NCBI GenBank assembly: GCA_976551045.1
Contig: CDPCPM010000370.1
Span: forward strand, 620,001 to 684,000
Source: Glaucostegus cemiculus
Taxonomy: Eukaryota
Length of the DNA: 64,000 nucleotides
Direction of reading: 5' to 3'
The notes beneath the pieces are model-generated. The model had not been told where the DNA came from, ran no database searches, and worked only from the letters and a program-made list of their open reading frames with translations. The translations under genes and the position numbers were made by a program. Shown one piece after another: positions 24,945 through 38,096 of the stretch; position 1 is the stretch's first letter; each line of letters begins with the position of its first letter.

Positions 24945-25182
24945 AGATGTTTATTAGTCAATGTACATCGAAACACACAGTGAAATACATCTTTTGTGTA
25001 GTGATTTTGGGGCGGCAGCCTGCAAGTGTCGCCAGGCTTCCATCGCCAACAGAGCATGCCCATACTTCCTAACCTGTACAGACACGGGAAGAATGTACAA
25101 ATTTCTAACAGCCAGTGGCCGGATTTGAACCAGTGTCGCTGGCGCTGCAAAGCATTGCGCTCACCACTATGCTGCCGTGCCG
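24945..25182 (-). mobile_element. tRNA-derived SINE
   Basis: CAGACACGGGAAGAATGTACAAA..CGCTGGCGCTG..; reverse complement of the copy at 40240. Confidence 0.7.
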
Positions 25183-26197
25183 TCCACTGTTTTCTCACAT
25201 GAGTGCAAATAATATTCATAATCCACCAGTGCCACATATGCTTTTCAGCATTTCCTCCACATGAATATTACTGGGTCCTTTAGTGTCACAACTCATCCGT
25301 TCTGGATAAACTCGGCTGTGCATCCGGGCCTTCACTGCTGCCAGTTCCAGCTTGTATCCTGTTGGCTGCTGAGGTTACACCCTCTGACATCGTGTGTCCA
25401 TACTTCTCAGTCTTCTGACACCTGAATGTTGTTGATTCGTCCGACACAATCACTCCCCACGGGATCCCTCCCTTCACCTCAGGACAATCCGGCTGCCTGT
25501 GAACAACCCTCCATCGGTACCTCTCTCCACCGCTTCAACAATTTCTGCCAGGGAACTCAGATGCCCTCTCCCTTTCTGTGAATTAAACTTTGCCACTCAT
25601 TCATTCTGCACCAGTTCATTCAGATGCTTCTGTTATGTTTTCTGCTTATTTTGGTGGGATAAGACCATGGCTGAGAAGACTAGTGTTTATTGCCCTTCAC
25701 CATGTACTTTTCTCCCGATTTCAGGACACTGCACATATTTTCTCTCGGGACGGACACCAAAACGTGCCTTTCTGTGCCAGCATGTCCTTTTGACAATGTT
25801 GCAGAAACTACTTTGAAAATTAGGCCTCTTTCTTTTCGAATGATGTCGATGACAAACGATCCGAACAGTAAATGACACTGAATATTCCGACGGACAGCGT
25901 CAGACAAGGCGTGGTGTTGAGATACATACCGATGGTGACAGGCAAGGTGGACCCCATTCCATCCTCGTAATAAGTTCCCCATTCATACACAGTGATCACC
26001 CTCTCAGTTTCCAAGATACAATAACCATCCTCACATCAATCTAATAGGTGGCTCATCTATCACATCAATCGAACAGCAAGGACGTGGTGATGGCTCCATT
26101 CTGTCGCTGGGATGGGATCTGTAGCGTCTCAATGTCTTACCAAACCCCAGTGTCTAAACGGGCAAGAAACAGAGAGAATGCGCACAGAGTATCATCA

Positions 26198-26376
26198 NNN
26201 NNNNNNNNNNNNNNNNNNNNNNNNNNNNNNNNNNNNNNNNNNNNNNNNNNNNNNNNNNNNNNNNNNNNNNNNNNNNNNNNNNNNNNNNNNNNNNNNNNNN
26301 NNNNNNNNNNNNNNNNNNNNNNNNNNNNNNNNNNNNNNNNNNNNNNNNNNNNNNNNNNNNNNNNNNNNNNNNNNNN
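26198..26376. other. Assembly gap
   Basis: Run of N. Confidence 1.
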
Positions 26377-26739
26377 TGCAGTTTCTTGAGAATCAGTTTG
26401 AGGTGCAATGATTTTGGATGCCTGTGGAACGTGGAAACGAGGAGGACCGAAGAGATTCGTTCAGTCCAAGTTACTCTGTGAGTGGCTTCAAGGCAGACTG
26501 ATGGGTGTTGTTCCTAGTCAGTCATGGCTACGCGGCAGTTCTAGGAGCCCTGTACTTGCCTGTCGTTTGGTGAGTATGAGATATTCATTGAAGTGTTTCA
26601 CTGGACGAAGTTGGGTGAAGTTCCGGATGAGGGAACAGAAACGGCAGCTGACTGTGCACCAACTCTGGCCAATTCTTGCATTGTTGGTTAAAATAACATT
26701 GAGATAATTGGGAACCCGCCGTTACCCTCCTTCCGATGC

Positions 26740-28780
26740 TGTCATCTCATAGTCACACTGTCTTTCCCAGTAATTGCATCAGGCGCCCATCTCCATGATC
26801 AGACTGATTGGCGCAGTCATTATTCTTGTGAAATGGGTGATGTCACACCGGGCCCGGGACCTTTTCGTATTATCTGATCCGAAAACACAGGGCGCAGGCA
26901 CTGTTCATTTTTACATTGCTTCCAAAAAAAAAGGCCCTGTCACGATTGATATTAAAACAGGACGCGACAGCAACAACCCCATTTACTGCTCATATTATCC
27001 TGGGAGGTACGGCATCGCTCGCAGTTAATGTGCGCATTACACAGAACACCATGTCCAGTCACTGTTCCTGCCACACTAGAGCAATAAGCCCAGCCAGTTT
27101 TCCGAATACGCTGGGCCTTGTAATATTTTGCTCAGTGAGATTTAGTGTTACAGTTGGCCCAAAACACGAGGCCCAGTTACTTCTCACTTTGCGTTGGGAC
27201 CTCCAACACCAGACCCATTCTGCTCTTCCCGGTGAATGGTGTTGTGACATTGGCACCAAACAGTCGGCCCAGTCATTGATCATATCACACTGGCTTTTAA
27301 AATACCATACAGAGTAACCGTCCATGTGATCGGGAACGTAACCTACAGGCGCAGCACCAATCAAATTACCATAGGGCTCATGATACCAGACCCGTGACTG
27401 ATCACGTTATCTGGGATCATTTGCAGTCACTATTCTCTTTAAAATGGTTATCTAACACCAGTCCCAAACATTATTCAAAATAGACTAGGCCCGATGAAAC
27501 CAGGCCCAGTCACTCTTCACCCTACATTGAGTCCAAACACCCTACCCGTCATTCTTGATATCATACGGAGCCATACAGCAACCAGCCCAGTCAGTGCTCT
27601 TGATATGTTGGACATTTTAATACTCTGCCAGTGAGTGTTGGTGTGATATAAACCTCAAAGTACCTGACCCTGTCACGGTTTGCAGAACACTGGACCCCAT
27701 AACACAGGGCCCAGCAACTGTTCCTATTACACGGACCCTTAAGACTTGACGAACAGCGTCCATTCACAATGTATGGGTCCTAAACACCAGTGCACTCATA
27801 ATCCAAATTAAACGACGCTCTATCACAGCAGACGCAGTCACTGATCATATTCTCTGGGCCCTAAAACACCAGGTGCAGTCACTGTTCTTGATAAAACTGC
27901 TTTCCTAACACCAGTTGCAACCATTAGTCAAATTGTCTGGAGCACGTAACATCATGCCAAGTTCCTGATCACAGCCCACTTGGCCCTCTAACATCAGTCC
28001 CATTCAGTTTTCGTAACACGTTGAACAATATCATATTCAGCCTTGTGAATGATGGTGTTACATTGAGCTCACAACACCTGGCCCAGTCACTGATTTTTTT
28101 TTTCCTGACACCAAGTGAAGTACAACCATTCATTTTATTTGGTCCTAAAACACCAAGAACAGGAAAGCTTCAAATTTCACCAGGCCACATGACACCGCGC
28201 CTACTTACTGTTTTTATTACTATGGGCCCTATATCACCCGGCCGAGTCGCTGTCCATGTTGTGCTTTGCCCCATTGCACAGGTCCTGACATTATTCATGT
28301 TATGTATGTTCTGTAGCACCAGATCCAGTCACTGTTCATTTTACACTGTGCCCTATAACGTCAGGCCCAGACACTATTCATCTAACACGTGTCGATATAT
28401 CACCAGGCCCATTCTCTGTTCATATATACTGGGTCGTAAAATTGAAGATGCAGATAGGTTTTAATGTTACATTTGGATCCATAAAAACAGGCCCGGTCAT
28501 TGTTCATTATAGTCTGGGTACTCTTACACGAGACGTAGCCCAATCATTGTTTATATTGAGCTGACCCCTGTAACAATAGTCCCAGTTACTGTTCATAATA
28601 AACTGTTTTATGTCATAAAGAACAGTAATTATCATATTCCCTTGACGTTAAATCATCAGGCGCAGATAATCTTCATGTCATACTTTGTACCGTTACACTG
28701 GGCCTAACCACTGTTCATTTTAAACTGGGCCTAAAAACACCAGGCCTTGACACAGTTCATGTGACCTGAGGCACCAGCTA
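26740..28780. repeat. Degenerate ~42-bp satellite (approximate consensus GGCCCAGTCACTGTTCATATTACACTGGGCCCTAAAACACCA)
   Basis: CTGTTCAT-type motifs recur at 42-bp spacing (e.g. 28331/28373, 28711/28753). GGCCCAGT and ACACCA recur throughout. Confidence 0.75.
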
Positions 28781-29509
28781 TTTGCCATTTAATGTAATCA
28801 TTTATCAGTAGGGCAGTTCTGTGTGTGCATTGTTCAGTCCAAATATACTTGGCTCAATAATGGTTTAAATGCATGAATAATCTGTTCCTTATTTTGTGAC
28901 AATGGATCCTCGGTGTTTATGCTACTCTACGAATGTCTCTTTATATTTATGCTTGCCCTTTATCACTGGAAGTATCTTACGTGCGTTTTTCCTACCTTAA
29001 GAATTTGTTTACTCACATGTTCTTTCATTCAGTGACCCGTTTCTTCGTGTTTGGTACCACATAATTTTCTTTCTCTCGGCGACAGCAGCGTTGCTGTTTC
29101 TCTCATCATTTCATGAGATATTTTTAAATTTTTAGTTGACTTTTTTGCAGGAGTCATCTACCTAATTATCCGCTTTTTATTTGCAATATGTGTGAAAGAA
29201 CTGCGAAGAGTACTCTGAATGTGATCCCAGCACATGGCCTTAGCCAGTAAAAAAAATACTTTGGAAATCAAAACAACCTGTTGATGGATGAACTCCGAAA
29301 TAAATTTGAAATGCTGGACACTCTCAGGAGGTCAGGCAGCATCTGTGAATGGAGAAGCGGAAGTAACCGATGTGTGTTGTTTCTAACATCAGGTGTCCAC
29401 ACTGAGGCTCCAGTTTTAATATTCAGAGGTGGGTGGTGGTTCCCTTGGCGGTGAAATAGGGGGATCAGTCCGGAATTAGACTTTGGTTCCATAAAACATT
29501 TAGTACATT

Positions 29510-29581
29510 TTCCCTGACCGGGAATCGAACCCGGGCCGCAGCGGTGAAAGCGCCGAATCCTGACCACTAGACCATCAGGGA
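29510..29581 (-). tRNA. trnE-TTC: tRNA-Glu(TTC)
   Basis: TCCCTGATGGTCTAGTGGTCAGGATTCGGCGCTTTCACCGCTGCGGCCCGGGTTCGATTCCCGGTCAGGGAA. Perfect 7-bp acceptor stem, TTC anticodon, A/B boxes, TTTT about 13 nt downstream. Confidence 0.93.
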
Positions 29582-31090
29582 GACCGATGAAGAAACTGTC
29601 GAAATTCCCCCTGATCAGCCGACCTTCCAGCCGGGCAGGCTGTGCGGCTCTTGGGCTTTTGCTGCCCTCTCATGGCAAAACTGAGCGAAGGATTTTGGTG
29701 CAGAGATCTTACTCATTTTGCTTTTAAAAAATGAATAGGAATTCAGATTCTCAAGGCACAGACAAAGCCGAAGAACCAATTTTAGTGAACCTGACTTTTC
29801 ACGTTAAAATGCATGCTCGAGATCTTTTGCAATTTATCGAAGAACCTGCAGCCCGAGTATTCTGCAACAAAAAGCAGTTGAGAAGGTGTTTTCCAAAACC
29901 ACATTTTCTTCAGCATTCGACAACAATGGAAAAAAATGACCTCTGGCGAATTTTGCCTTGGAAACGTCTCCGTCGAAGAATGAGGATCGGGAAGGCGAAG
30001 CCAGTATTCTGGTGCTGACGGTACAATAGGAAGGAATACTGAAAAGCAATGATTGACAGGCTTCAATTGATGATCGCTGAGTCTCCTTCAATGCGCCTCA
30101 AGTTAACCAGTTACTGTGAGATGGAGTCGACGGCACGTACAGTGTATGTGTAGTGAAATAAAATCAGAGAAAAGTTTTAAAAGTAGTTTTGTAATAAATA
30201 ATATGCATGCGACTATTGAGAGTGAAGTAAAACGATTAGAAGGAAAGGATTCACCATCACTGAAACCCGTAGAGCAAAATGAGGTAATTTGTAATCTTAC
30301 CGCGGCCGTGAAAACTGAACAAACAGTAACAGCGAAAATGTTTGCCAATGATGGATCTGAACCGAGAAGATGGACACAAAATTATTTTCAGAGAGGATAT
30401 CCGGCCACACTGCTGATTGGATCATTACTGAAGTAGAAGGAATATCCAATCAGCTCTCAGTTTCCAGTCATCAAATCAACAATGAAGCCGGATATACGCA
30501 ACTTCCGTTTATCCAAATATCTCGTCGTATCCATATCGTCTAATTGTTGACGTCAAGGAAGATGTGCAGGAGAATAGAACTATTTGGATTCTCAAAAGGC
30601 CTAGCCTCTTTGGAGCAGAAGGGAGAAGAGAACATTAAATAGATCCCTCTCAATGGACAAAGCTGGCAGAGAAAAAAAATCATTTCTCTGGCTATCAGTT
30701 CCTCCGGTACCGGTCATGAATATTGATATTCCGCAGAATTTCATAGAGTGAAGACAGTTACTTGCCCAAATTGGTCTTTAGTGTTTGTCTCAGTTCCAGT
30801 ATGGAGTCATAATCCAGAACTCATTCAGTGAGAGTTGCCGAGAATCCTTTCTATTGCGTGCACGAAATGACTGCATACCTGTCTGTGTGCGGACCCGAAG
30901 TCCAGTGATGCAGGTTAACACTGATCGATTGATTTTCTGCAGGACTCCTGAAACCCTGGCTTTATTATTTATAAAGACTAAAGCGGTGATCAATTGGTAT
31001 TTATGGGACGGGATTTCTGGATCGTGAGATAAAGCTGGAGAATTCTGAGCAAAGTTAGAACCGAGACGCCGAGAGCTGCATCGCGGCTAG

Positions 31091-31667
31091 AGTTTCTCAA
31101 TGATGATTTAACTAGTTTCCACCACAATGAGCGTTGGTGCACACATATACACCGAAGACCCATTCAACAGTATCACCGATGTGTCAAACCGGGATTTCAG
31201 CCAAGTTGTCGCATGTCGCAGAGTAACAACTTCGTGAAAGATCTGCTTTCATGTCTCCATCTCTGGGGCATGACAACAGAATAAATTCGACATGCGCGCC
31301 TGCACGTTGCGATACTAGAGCAGGTTACAGTTGCTGCTCCATGTAGTTTCTAAGGTTAATTTAAAAGTGACTTTTTCTCCTTCTGTGTCCACGGCTGAGG
31401 GTAACGGCTGAATTACAATCTCTATGATTCCGACTTGGAATACCTGTTCAAACGAAAAAAAAATAGGGACAATGTTGATAAATTTAGATAAATGTCAGTG
31501 GAGAAAAGGAAAGGAGATCGACGGACAGGGTGATAACCTTCATATGAGGAGCATCGAAAGAGTAACCGAAGTTTTGGCGTGGTGACGTATGCACTTATTT
31601 TACCAGGCACAAAATCCTCACCGAGGACTGAGATAATGATGATGAGAAACGCAAAGAACCTCCGTAT
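31091..31667 (-). pseudogene. TCR V pseudogene: leader 31622-31667 (ATG>ATA), V exon 31130-31443, degenerate 23-RSS 31091-31129
   Basis: Leader (I)RRFFAFLIIIISVL-G|GTGAGG. V fragments VIQPLPSAVDTEGEKVTF..LL*YR / EFILL..KADLS..YSAT / SSVYMCAPT. RSS CATTGTG-23-TGAGAAACT. Contains stops and frameshifts. Confidence 0.8.
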
Positions 31668-33010
31668 AGTGCTCCCTGAATCTGTCGGACTTCAGACTGC
31701 GAGACACGCAGTAGGAGAACAAACAGGTATCTCCGCACCGACCAGCATGATGTGCCAACCAATCCCAAACGGAGAGAAGCGTCAGCTGTTTGTCCAATAA
31801 CAGTGCACTCCTGAGCGAAAGCAGCAAACTGGAGCCGTCTGCGGGGTTGTATGATTTTCTTTCTTCCGTTTGTTCATGAACTTTGGACGTCCCTGAGAAC
31901 CTTGGCATTTATTCTCAATCCGAAGTATTTTGGAACTGAGAAAGCAGTTTTTTGAACAATGGATCAGTGCCGTTCTTTCGCCTGCACAATTGACTCTTGG
32001 AGATCCAGGCTCCGTGGGCCTGGCGATTAATGAGGTTTGCTGCCCTCTGGTGGAAATAGTCGGATTTTCTTCCAGGAATGTCGCATTCAGTTGACTGCGG
32101 CACTCACGCCCTGCATGTTGCCTTCTAAACACAGTGATCAAATTCACCCACCCCCGCCCACAAGATGTGCACAACTAATACAATTAAGAGGAGCGTTTAT
32201 TCTCCTGAGACTTAAATGCACGGCGGATTGCATGAAAGAAACTGAGGGATTTTCGCGTTCACTTATGTCTATTATCAAAATGTGTGACCTTTTTAAAGGA
32301 CGGATATAGTCCGGAAATGGCTCAGTGCTGATAATAAAAATCGGCATTGCACATTCGCTTCGTTTCGCCCCAACTCAGTATGCTCCTAGTCATTTACTCA
32401 AAGACCAGGAACAGTCAAGACCCAACTTCTCTTGGGCAGAGTTTGTCATTGCCGCCCCTCTCCAGGTCCCGTGAAGCTGGACTGCTAACGCAATATCCGC
32501 CTTTTTACCCAGTGTCCAATTCGCTTGATGTGTGGTCTTTTGGCCCATCTCTCGTGCTTGTTACGCTTCCTTTTGGCGGCGTGGCTGTCTTTATCTTCAA
32601 ATAATTGCTACAGCCAGGAACGAGTTGGCATTTGGTTGTGCAGGCGGGATAGAGAGCTGACAGGACCGTATGTCTTCGCCGCTAGAGTATTTAAGTGATA
32701 CAGTCTTACAGGCTCACAGAGAAGTATGTTTGAACACCTGATACCTCCCATCCTCGCCATATTATTTCAAGTAAGATTATTTTCCCCGTGAAAAGCAAGT
32801 CCCAGCTTCTCGTGAACAGTTGAGCTCTGATTTCTATTGTTCTAATTATGATAATTATGTTGCTGACATTGCGAATTATATTAAAGGTGACAATATCCTT
32901 ATTTTATATCAGACTGGAGCCTTCAGGGTACAGTGGAACAGTTTACAGCTAAAATGACGTTTGAAAAGTAAAGTAGTGCTTCGCTAAGCTGTGCACTGAA
33001 AACCAGCGAT

Positions 33011-33759
33011 GCAAAGGGACTTCGGGGTGCTCGTACAGGATAACCTAAAGGTTAACCACCAGGTTGGATCGGCGGTAAGGAAAGCGAATGCTATGTTGGC
33101 ATTTATTTAGAGGGGTATAGTACATAAGCAAGAAAGTGTTGATGAGGCTATACAGGGCACTGGTGAATCCTCATTTAGAGTACTGTGTACAGGTTTGGGC
33201 CCCATATCTTAGGAGGGATATGCTGATGTTGGAAAGGGTTCAGAGGCGATTTACTAGGATGATTCCTGGAATGAAAAGGTTTGTATATGATGAGCGACTG
33301 TCGGCACTTGGATGGTACTCGTTGGAGTACAGAAGAATGAGAGGGGACCTAATAGAAACGTACAAGATGTTGAAAGGAATGGACAAAATGAATGCGGTCA
33401 AGCTGTTTCTCTTGGTGGGGGAATCCAGGACTAGAGGGCACAACCTTAGAATTAGAGGACGCAGGTTCAAAACAGAGAAAAGGAGGAATTTCTTTAGCCA
33501 GAGGGTGGTGTACCTGTGGAACTCCTTCCCACAGATAGCAGTGGAGGCAAGATCATTGGGGATATTCAAGAAGGAAATAGCTAGAAATCTAATAGGTCAA
33601 GGTATCAAGTGATATGGAGATAAGGCGGGAATTTGGAGTTAGAGTAGTTTTTTTCCTCTTTTCCCCCTTTTTCCCCAACCATCCCTTCCCTTTGGAGCAG
33701 ACTCGATGGGCCGAATGGCCTGATCATGCTCCATTATCTTGTGATCTTGTGATCTCGTG
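33011..33759 (+). mobile_element. 5'-truncated CR1 LINE
   Basis: Same family as 19801-20415; HLEYCVQVWAPYL..RVQRRFTRMIPG; tail (ATCTTGTG)n. Confidence 0.92.
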
Positions 33760-34275
33760 AAGCCCATTATTTTACTGGTACAAACAGCGCCCCGGACAGT
33801 CTCCACAGTCCCTGCTTCATGTAAAATGAAAGAAGATTTTCATAGAAAAGAGCAACACAGATCGATTCTCTGCTATAATCAATGAAACTAACAAGATTGC
33901 CGTGCCAACGATCCAGGAGTTTGTGATTTGCGACTGTGCCCTGCACCTGTGTGCCATGAGATTCACAATGCGCAGAAATGCGGCAGACTCAAGCAAAACC
34001 CCATACTCATTTATTCCATGAGCGCTCTGCAGAGGGCGCTCTTATGCAAGCAAGAAAGACGCCTCAATATGAGGGGGAAAAGTGTGCGGTGAGGAATCCT
34101 TCCGTTGTTCTAATAAAAAAGTGTAACAAATTTTAGTGAATATAGAGGTTAGTTTTAGAGATATGACGTATGTTTTAAAACGTCCTGTAGCAGCACACGA
34201 ATATTGAAATTTACTAATGGCCTGAAAAATCCCGTTGCCTCGATATGGTACCTTCTTTTATTTGCTGTTATCAAT

Positions 34276-34558
34276 GATTTTTGTCGGTCATACTCTCCTC
34301 GATTTCATAACTCTGCTGCTTAAATCACGGGAATTATGTATCAGAGTAAACAGGCAAATTTTGAGGGGGAAAGAGTGATCGCGGGTGTGAACAACACATT
34401 TTCCACCAATAAAACAGAAGAATCCGCACAACATGTGACCTCACAATGGCAGCGATAGCAACGAAGAAGGAAGAGTGAAGAGTGTCGATAAGCTATATTG
34501 AGCTTCGTTGCCTCCACAGGCAGCAAGGTCACTCTCCGGGGACTGACCATGCAGAAAC
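34276..34558 (-). pseudogene. Possible highly decayed V relic
   Basis: Acceptor CTCAG|G, LRCYR at the WYR position, CTCTGATACA (SDT-like), and CAGAGTT-24-ACAAAAATC, spaced roughly as in a V exon. Confidence 0.3.
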
Positions 34559-36006
34559 CTGAGATTAGAATTCTTTTAGCACTGGCCGATTCTTTACGAT
34601 GTATAAATGATATCCCTAATTAGTGGCGTAATCGGCTTCAGTCATTATCCTGATTTAGTATTCATCGGAAAAAGAACCATGTGGGTTGAGAGAGAGTGAG
34701 GTATTCATCGAAAAAAAGCGTGTGGGTAGAGGGAGTCGACCGACAGAACTTGTAGAATGCATATAAGCTGAATTCCAGCATGACGACCTGCTTCCGAAAA
34801 AAAAAAAAACAACTGCCAGAGGAACTCAGTACCTCAGGCATCATCTGTGAAGTCAAGAGCATGTTCAGCCGTTCGGGTGGAGACACTGCCTGACGGCTCA
34901 GACTGTAGAGGTAAGACATACTGTAAACAGAGTAGAGTGCGGGATGGGCAGGAGTCATAGAGTACCACAGCGCCGAAACAGACAGCTCAGGCCATCTGAC
35001 CCATACGATCTGATCTTCTTCCTCATCCCATCTATCTGCAGCCGGAACATATCCCTCTAAATACCATCCCAACCATGAACAATGACTGCAGCATTAATTG
35101 CTGTCCACTCAGTCTCGCAAATAGGATTATTTTCGTGATATAGATCGGAAACCAGAGCCCTTGATCGTTCCTTAAAATTCTGGATCTGAACGGGAGTGAA
35201 AGAATTTCGGGGGATAGGTGTGAATTATTGGTGTGGGCTTGCTGCCATCTAGTGGAATTCATTGGAATTTATCATCGGCAATATTGTCTTCGATACGCTG
35301 GGGTGATATTCCCTATTACGGATTCGGATATTGAAAAAAAATGTCGGAACTAATTGAACAGTCACGATAGATCTGCTCAATATAGGACATGGTGCTCTTC
35401 TCACAAGTAACCGCTTGTGTTGGATGCAGCAATGATTATTTATTTCTGGACTCTCTGCATTTAACTATTCTGCATGACGACGTGTTCTACCTATCAGTCG
35501 CCTAAGTAACATTTATTGAGCCTATGTCAATACGTGATGGGAAAAAAATATCAGTTAACCATTTAGCACATCCAGTGGATCATCCGGAAATCGTGTTTAC
35601 TTTTTAAGTTCTTTTTTGAGGTTGTATCGTCTCGATTTCAAGGTCTCTGCCTCGCCTTTGGACGATGTTGCAATTGGCCTTTTGTATTCCAGATTTCGGC
35701 GGACAATTTTCTCCGAAGTCTGACTGCTGTCTTTCCCGGATTCACCCATTCTCTTTCATTCGGTCGTTGATAATCAAAGCGTGAATACGACCTTCTGGAC
35801 GATTTAATTGGTAGATGTATGGCTTTAAAGTGCATTTATTTTTTAAGCTAGTGAGACGACTGATGCCGTCACACACTGTCGTAATACTACGAGGTTATTT
35901 ATTCAGTATTCTGACCTCAGTGTGCACATAGTGCGGTGCAAAGTCACCAAAGGTAACTGGGAAAATATGAAAGCCAACATAATAAATTTTGTAATTCCGT
36001 ATTATA

Positions 36007-36533
36007 GGATCATAGGTGTCTCGCTTCCATCCCTCGCAGACATATACAAAGACCGTTGTGTGAGGAAGACCAAAAGCATAATGGCCGACCCTTCTCACCC
36101 CTCCCATCACCTCTTTACAATTTTGCCATCAGGGAGGAGGCTTAAATATATCAGGGCAAGAACGACCAGGCTGAACAATAGCTTCTTTCCGAAATCCATC
36201 AGAACTGCAAACTCTCTCATCCCTCCATCTTCCTTGTTAACACTAAGAGGTGCTAGGTGCACAGAAATGCACCAGCACTTTAAATGCCCGACACCAGCCC
36301 GTTCACTTTAATAACTATTTATTTATTTACCGGCCATTTTTTTATTTAATCTGCGTATTAATTTAATTTTAACTTCCGTAGTTTTTAATGTTTTTTAATG
36401 TTTATTCTGTTAAGTGTATCTGTGTGTCTCTGTTGGTTGTTATTTAATGGTACGAGCACCTGAGGAGGACGGTATCTCGCTCCTATGCATACTATGTATG
36501 CATATGGTTGTGACAATAAAACTGATTCTGATT
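36007..36533 (+). mobile_element. Rex1/Babar-like LINE 3' fragment
   Basis: IIGVSLPSLADIYKDRCVRK..IMADPSHPSHHLFTILPSGRRL..ARTTRLNNSFFPKSIR, followed by a UTR ending AATAAAACTGATTCTGATT. Confidence 0.8.
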
Positions 36534-37118
36534 ATAGATATAGCTTCTGTAAAATGACAACGGGGCGACTGGGCAAGTTAAACATTGATCAGCCTGACTT
36601 AGTGAATTAGGGGAGAAAATGGGAGGCTTACCTGACCTGTTTGCTGCTCTACAAAATAGACGCAGTCATCTACTTTGTCAAGAACAACAAGCGATGAGCT
36701 GAAAATGCTGAACTTGGCAAAAATGTTAAAAAAAACAAGCAACGGATGTTGCTCCAAAAGTCATTAGTTCCCACCTGCCTTGGTTTTGTTGCACCACAGA
36801 CCTCGAAAGAAAACTTTATTTACTCATTGGACATGAGTCGTGTATGATACAGTGACTCACCGTTTTACAGTTAGCGGATCAATTTGTTTTTAATGGACCA
36901 GTTGCTTCCTGTGGCGCACATTTTCAAGTTAGCAGTCACTACAAGAATTAAATGGGGTCAGAACACCAGTGAACCATGTTCCAGCTCCGCAGAAAGCGAT
37001 TGGTTTTCAACGCCACTCTCTGAGCCGCAGAGAACTACATCGCTGAACAGACAGCAGCTGTGTCTCAGAAAGCCGCAGCAGTTATTGTATGAGCCTATGC
37101 ACCATCCCGAACACTGTG

Positions 37119-37997
37119 AGATTCATTGCACAGTAATACACCGCCGTGTCAGACAGCTGAAGCCGTGAGATGGTCAACTGATATTTCTTCTCCGACTGCA
37201 GAACTACGTCAGAAAACCGGTCTTGCGCGAATTCTGCCTTATATTCATTGTCACCGTTAGTGTCTCTCCGGACCACAAACACGGGCTCTGCGTCGGGATA
37301 CTGACGGTACCAGAACAGGTAATAACCATCCTGAGCATAGGTACAAGTTAAAGTGACGTCTTCTCCCTCTGTCGCTGTGAGCGAAGTGTCCTTCTGTGTC
37401 ACAGAATCTGCATCGCATAGACCTGGAACAAGTTAAGGACAGGGAGAAATTGATATTAGTATTCAAGCTTAATACAACTAATTGAGTAGCTAACGAATAT
37501 TTTACCAAGTTAAATTGAGTTTACGGTGTGGAGTTCGTCCGTTCGTAGCAACTGGATTTGTCCGTCTGCGGATCCTGCACAAGCTTCCACATTTACCGGC
37601 ATCCCGACCTCCCTTTATTCACCTCAGTCTATGATCATAATATTATCCACCCTTCTGCCTCGGGTTCTTTTGTGGAATGCATTTCAGTGTTGATTCGAGA
37701 GAAAAGTTCCGGAAAGTTTCGGCTTAGCCTTTCCTTCACTGGATGAATGCACTATTACGTTTTCTCACAAGACTGAAGTTCTCGAAAGTTACTTTCAAAA
37801 AGGTTCTCTATGGAAACACTGACAACTAATGCGAAAGCAAGCCTGGTGCAAGAAATGCGCAAATGAATTTCGAGTAAACCATTTGTTTTGTTATCATTAA
37901 ATTCCATTGCACTGGAGCTGCAAATATTCAAATATATCTAAATCTTCTTACGGATTATGAATGTTGACCACGTCACAGTTTGTAGAATAAATCGCAT
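37119..37997 (-). CDS. TCR alpha/delta V segment: leader 37952-37997, V exon 37119-37422, 23-RSS 37080-37118
   Basis: MRFILQTVTWSTFII-R|GTAAGA; DSVTQKDTSLTATEGEDVTLTCTY..YLFWYRQYP..AEFAQDRFS..LTISRLQLSDTAVYYCAMN; CACAGTG-23-ACAATAACT. Confidence 0.93.
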
Positions 37998-38088
37998 TTT
38001 CAATGCCTCTTCTGCAAGAGCTCTGCTTGTGTCAAAAACCTACAGAGTGTCTGTGATGCAGAGCTGCGAACATCTCCCGATGTTGTCA

Positions 38089-38096
38089 TGACGTCA
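38089..38096. promoter_or_regulatory. CRE/ATF palindrome in V promoter
   Basis: TGACGTCA about 90 bp upstream of the leader ATG, next to CCAAT. CRE sites are established TCR V promoter elements. Confidence 0.6.

Noticed and set aside
26740-28780. CRISPR-like array (palindromic repeats at regular spacing)
   Set aside because: Vertebrate DNA, no cas genes, no unique spacers; the whole unit is degenerate, as in a satellite.
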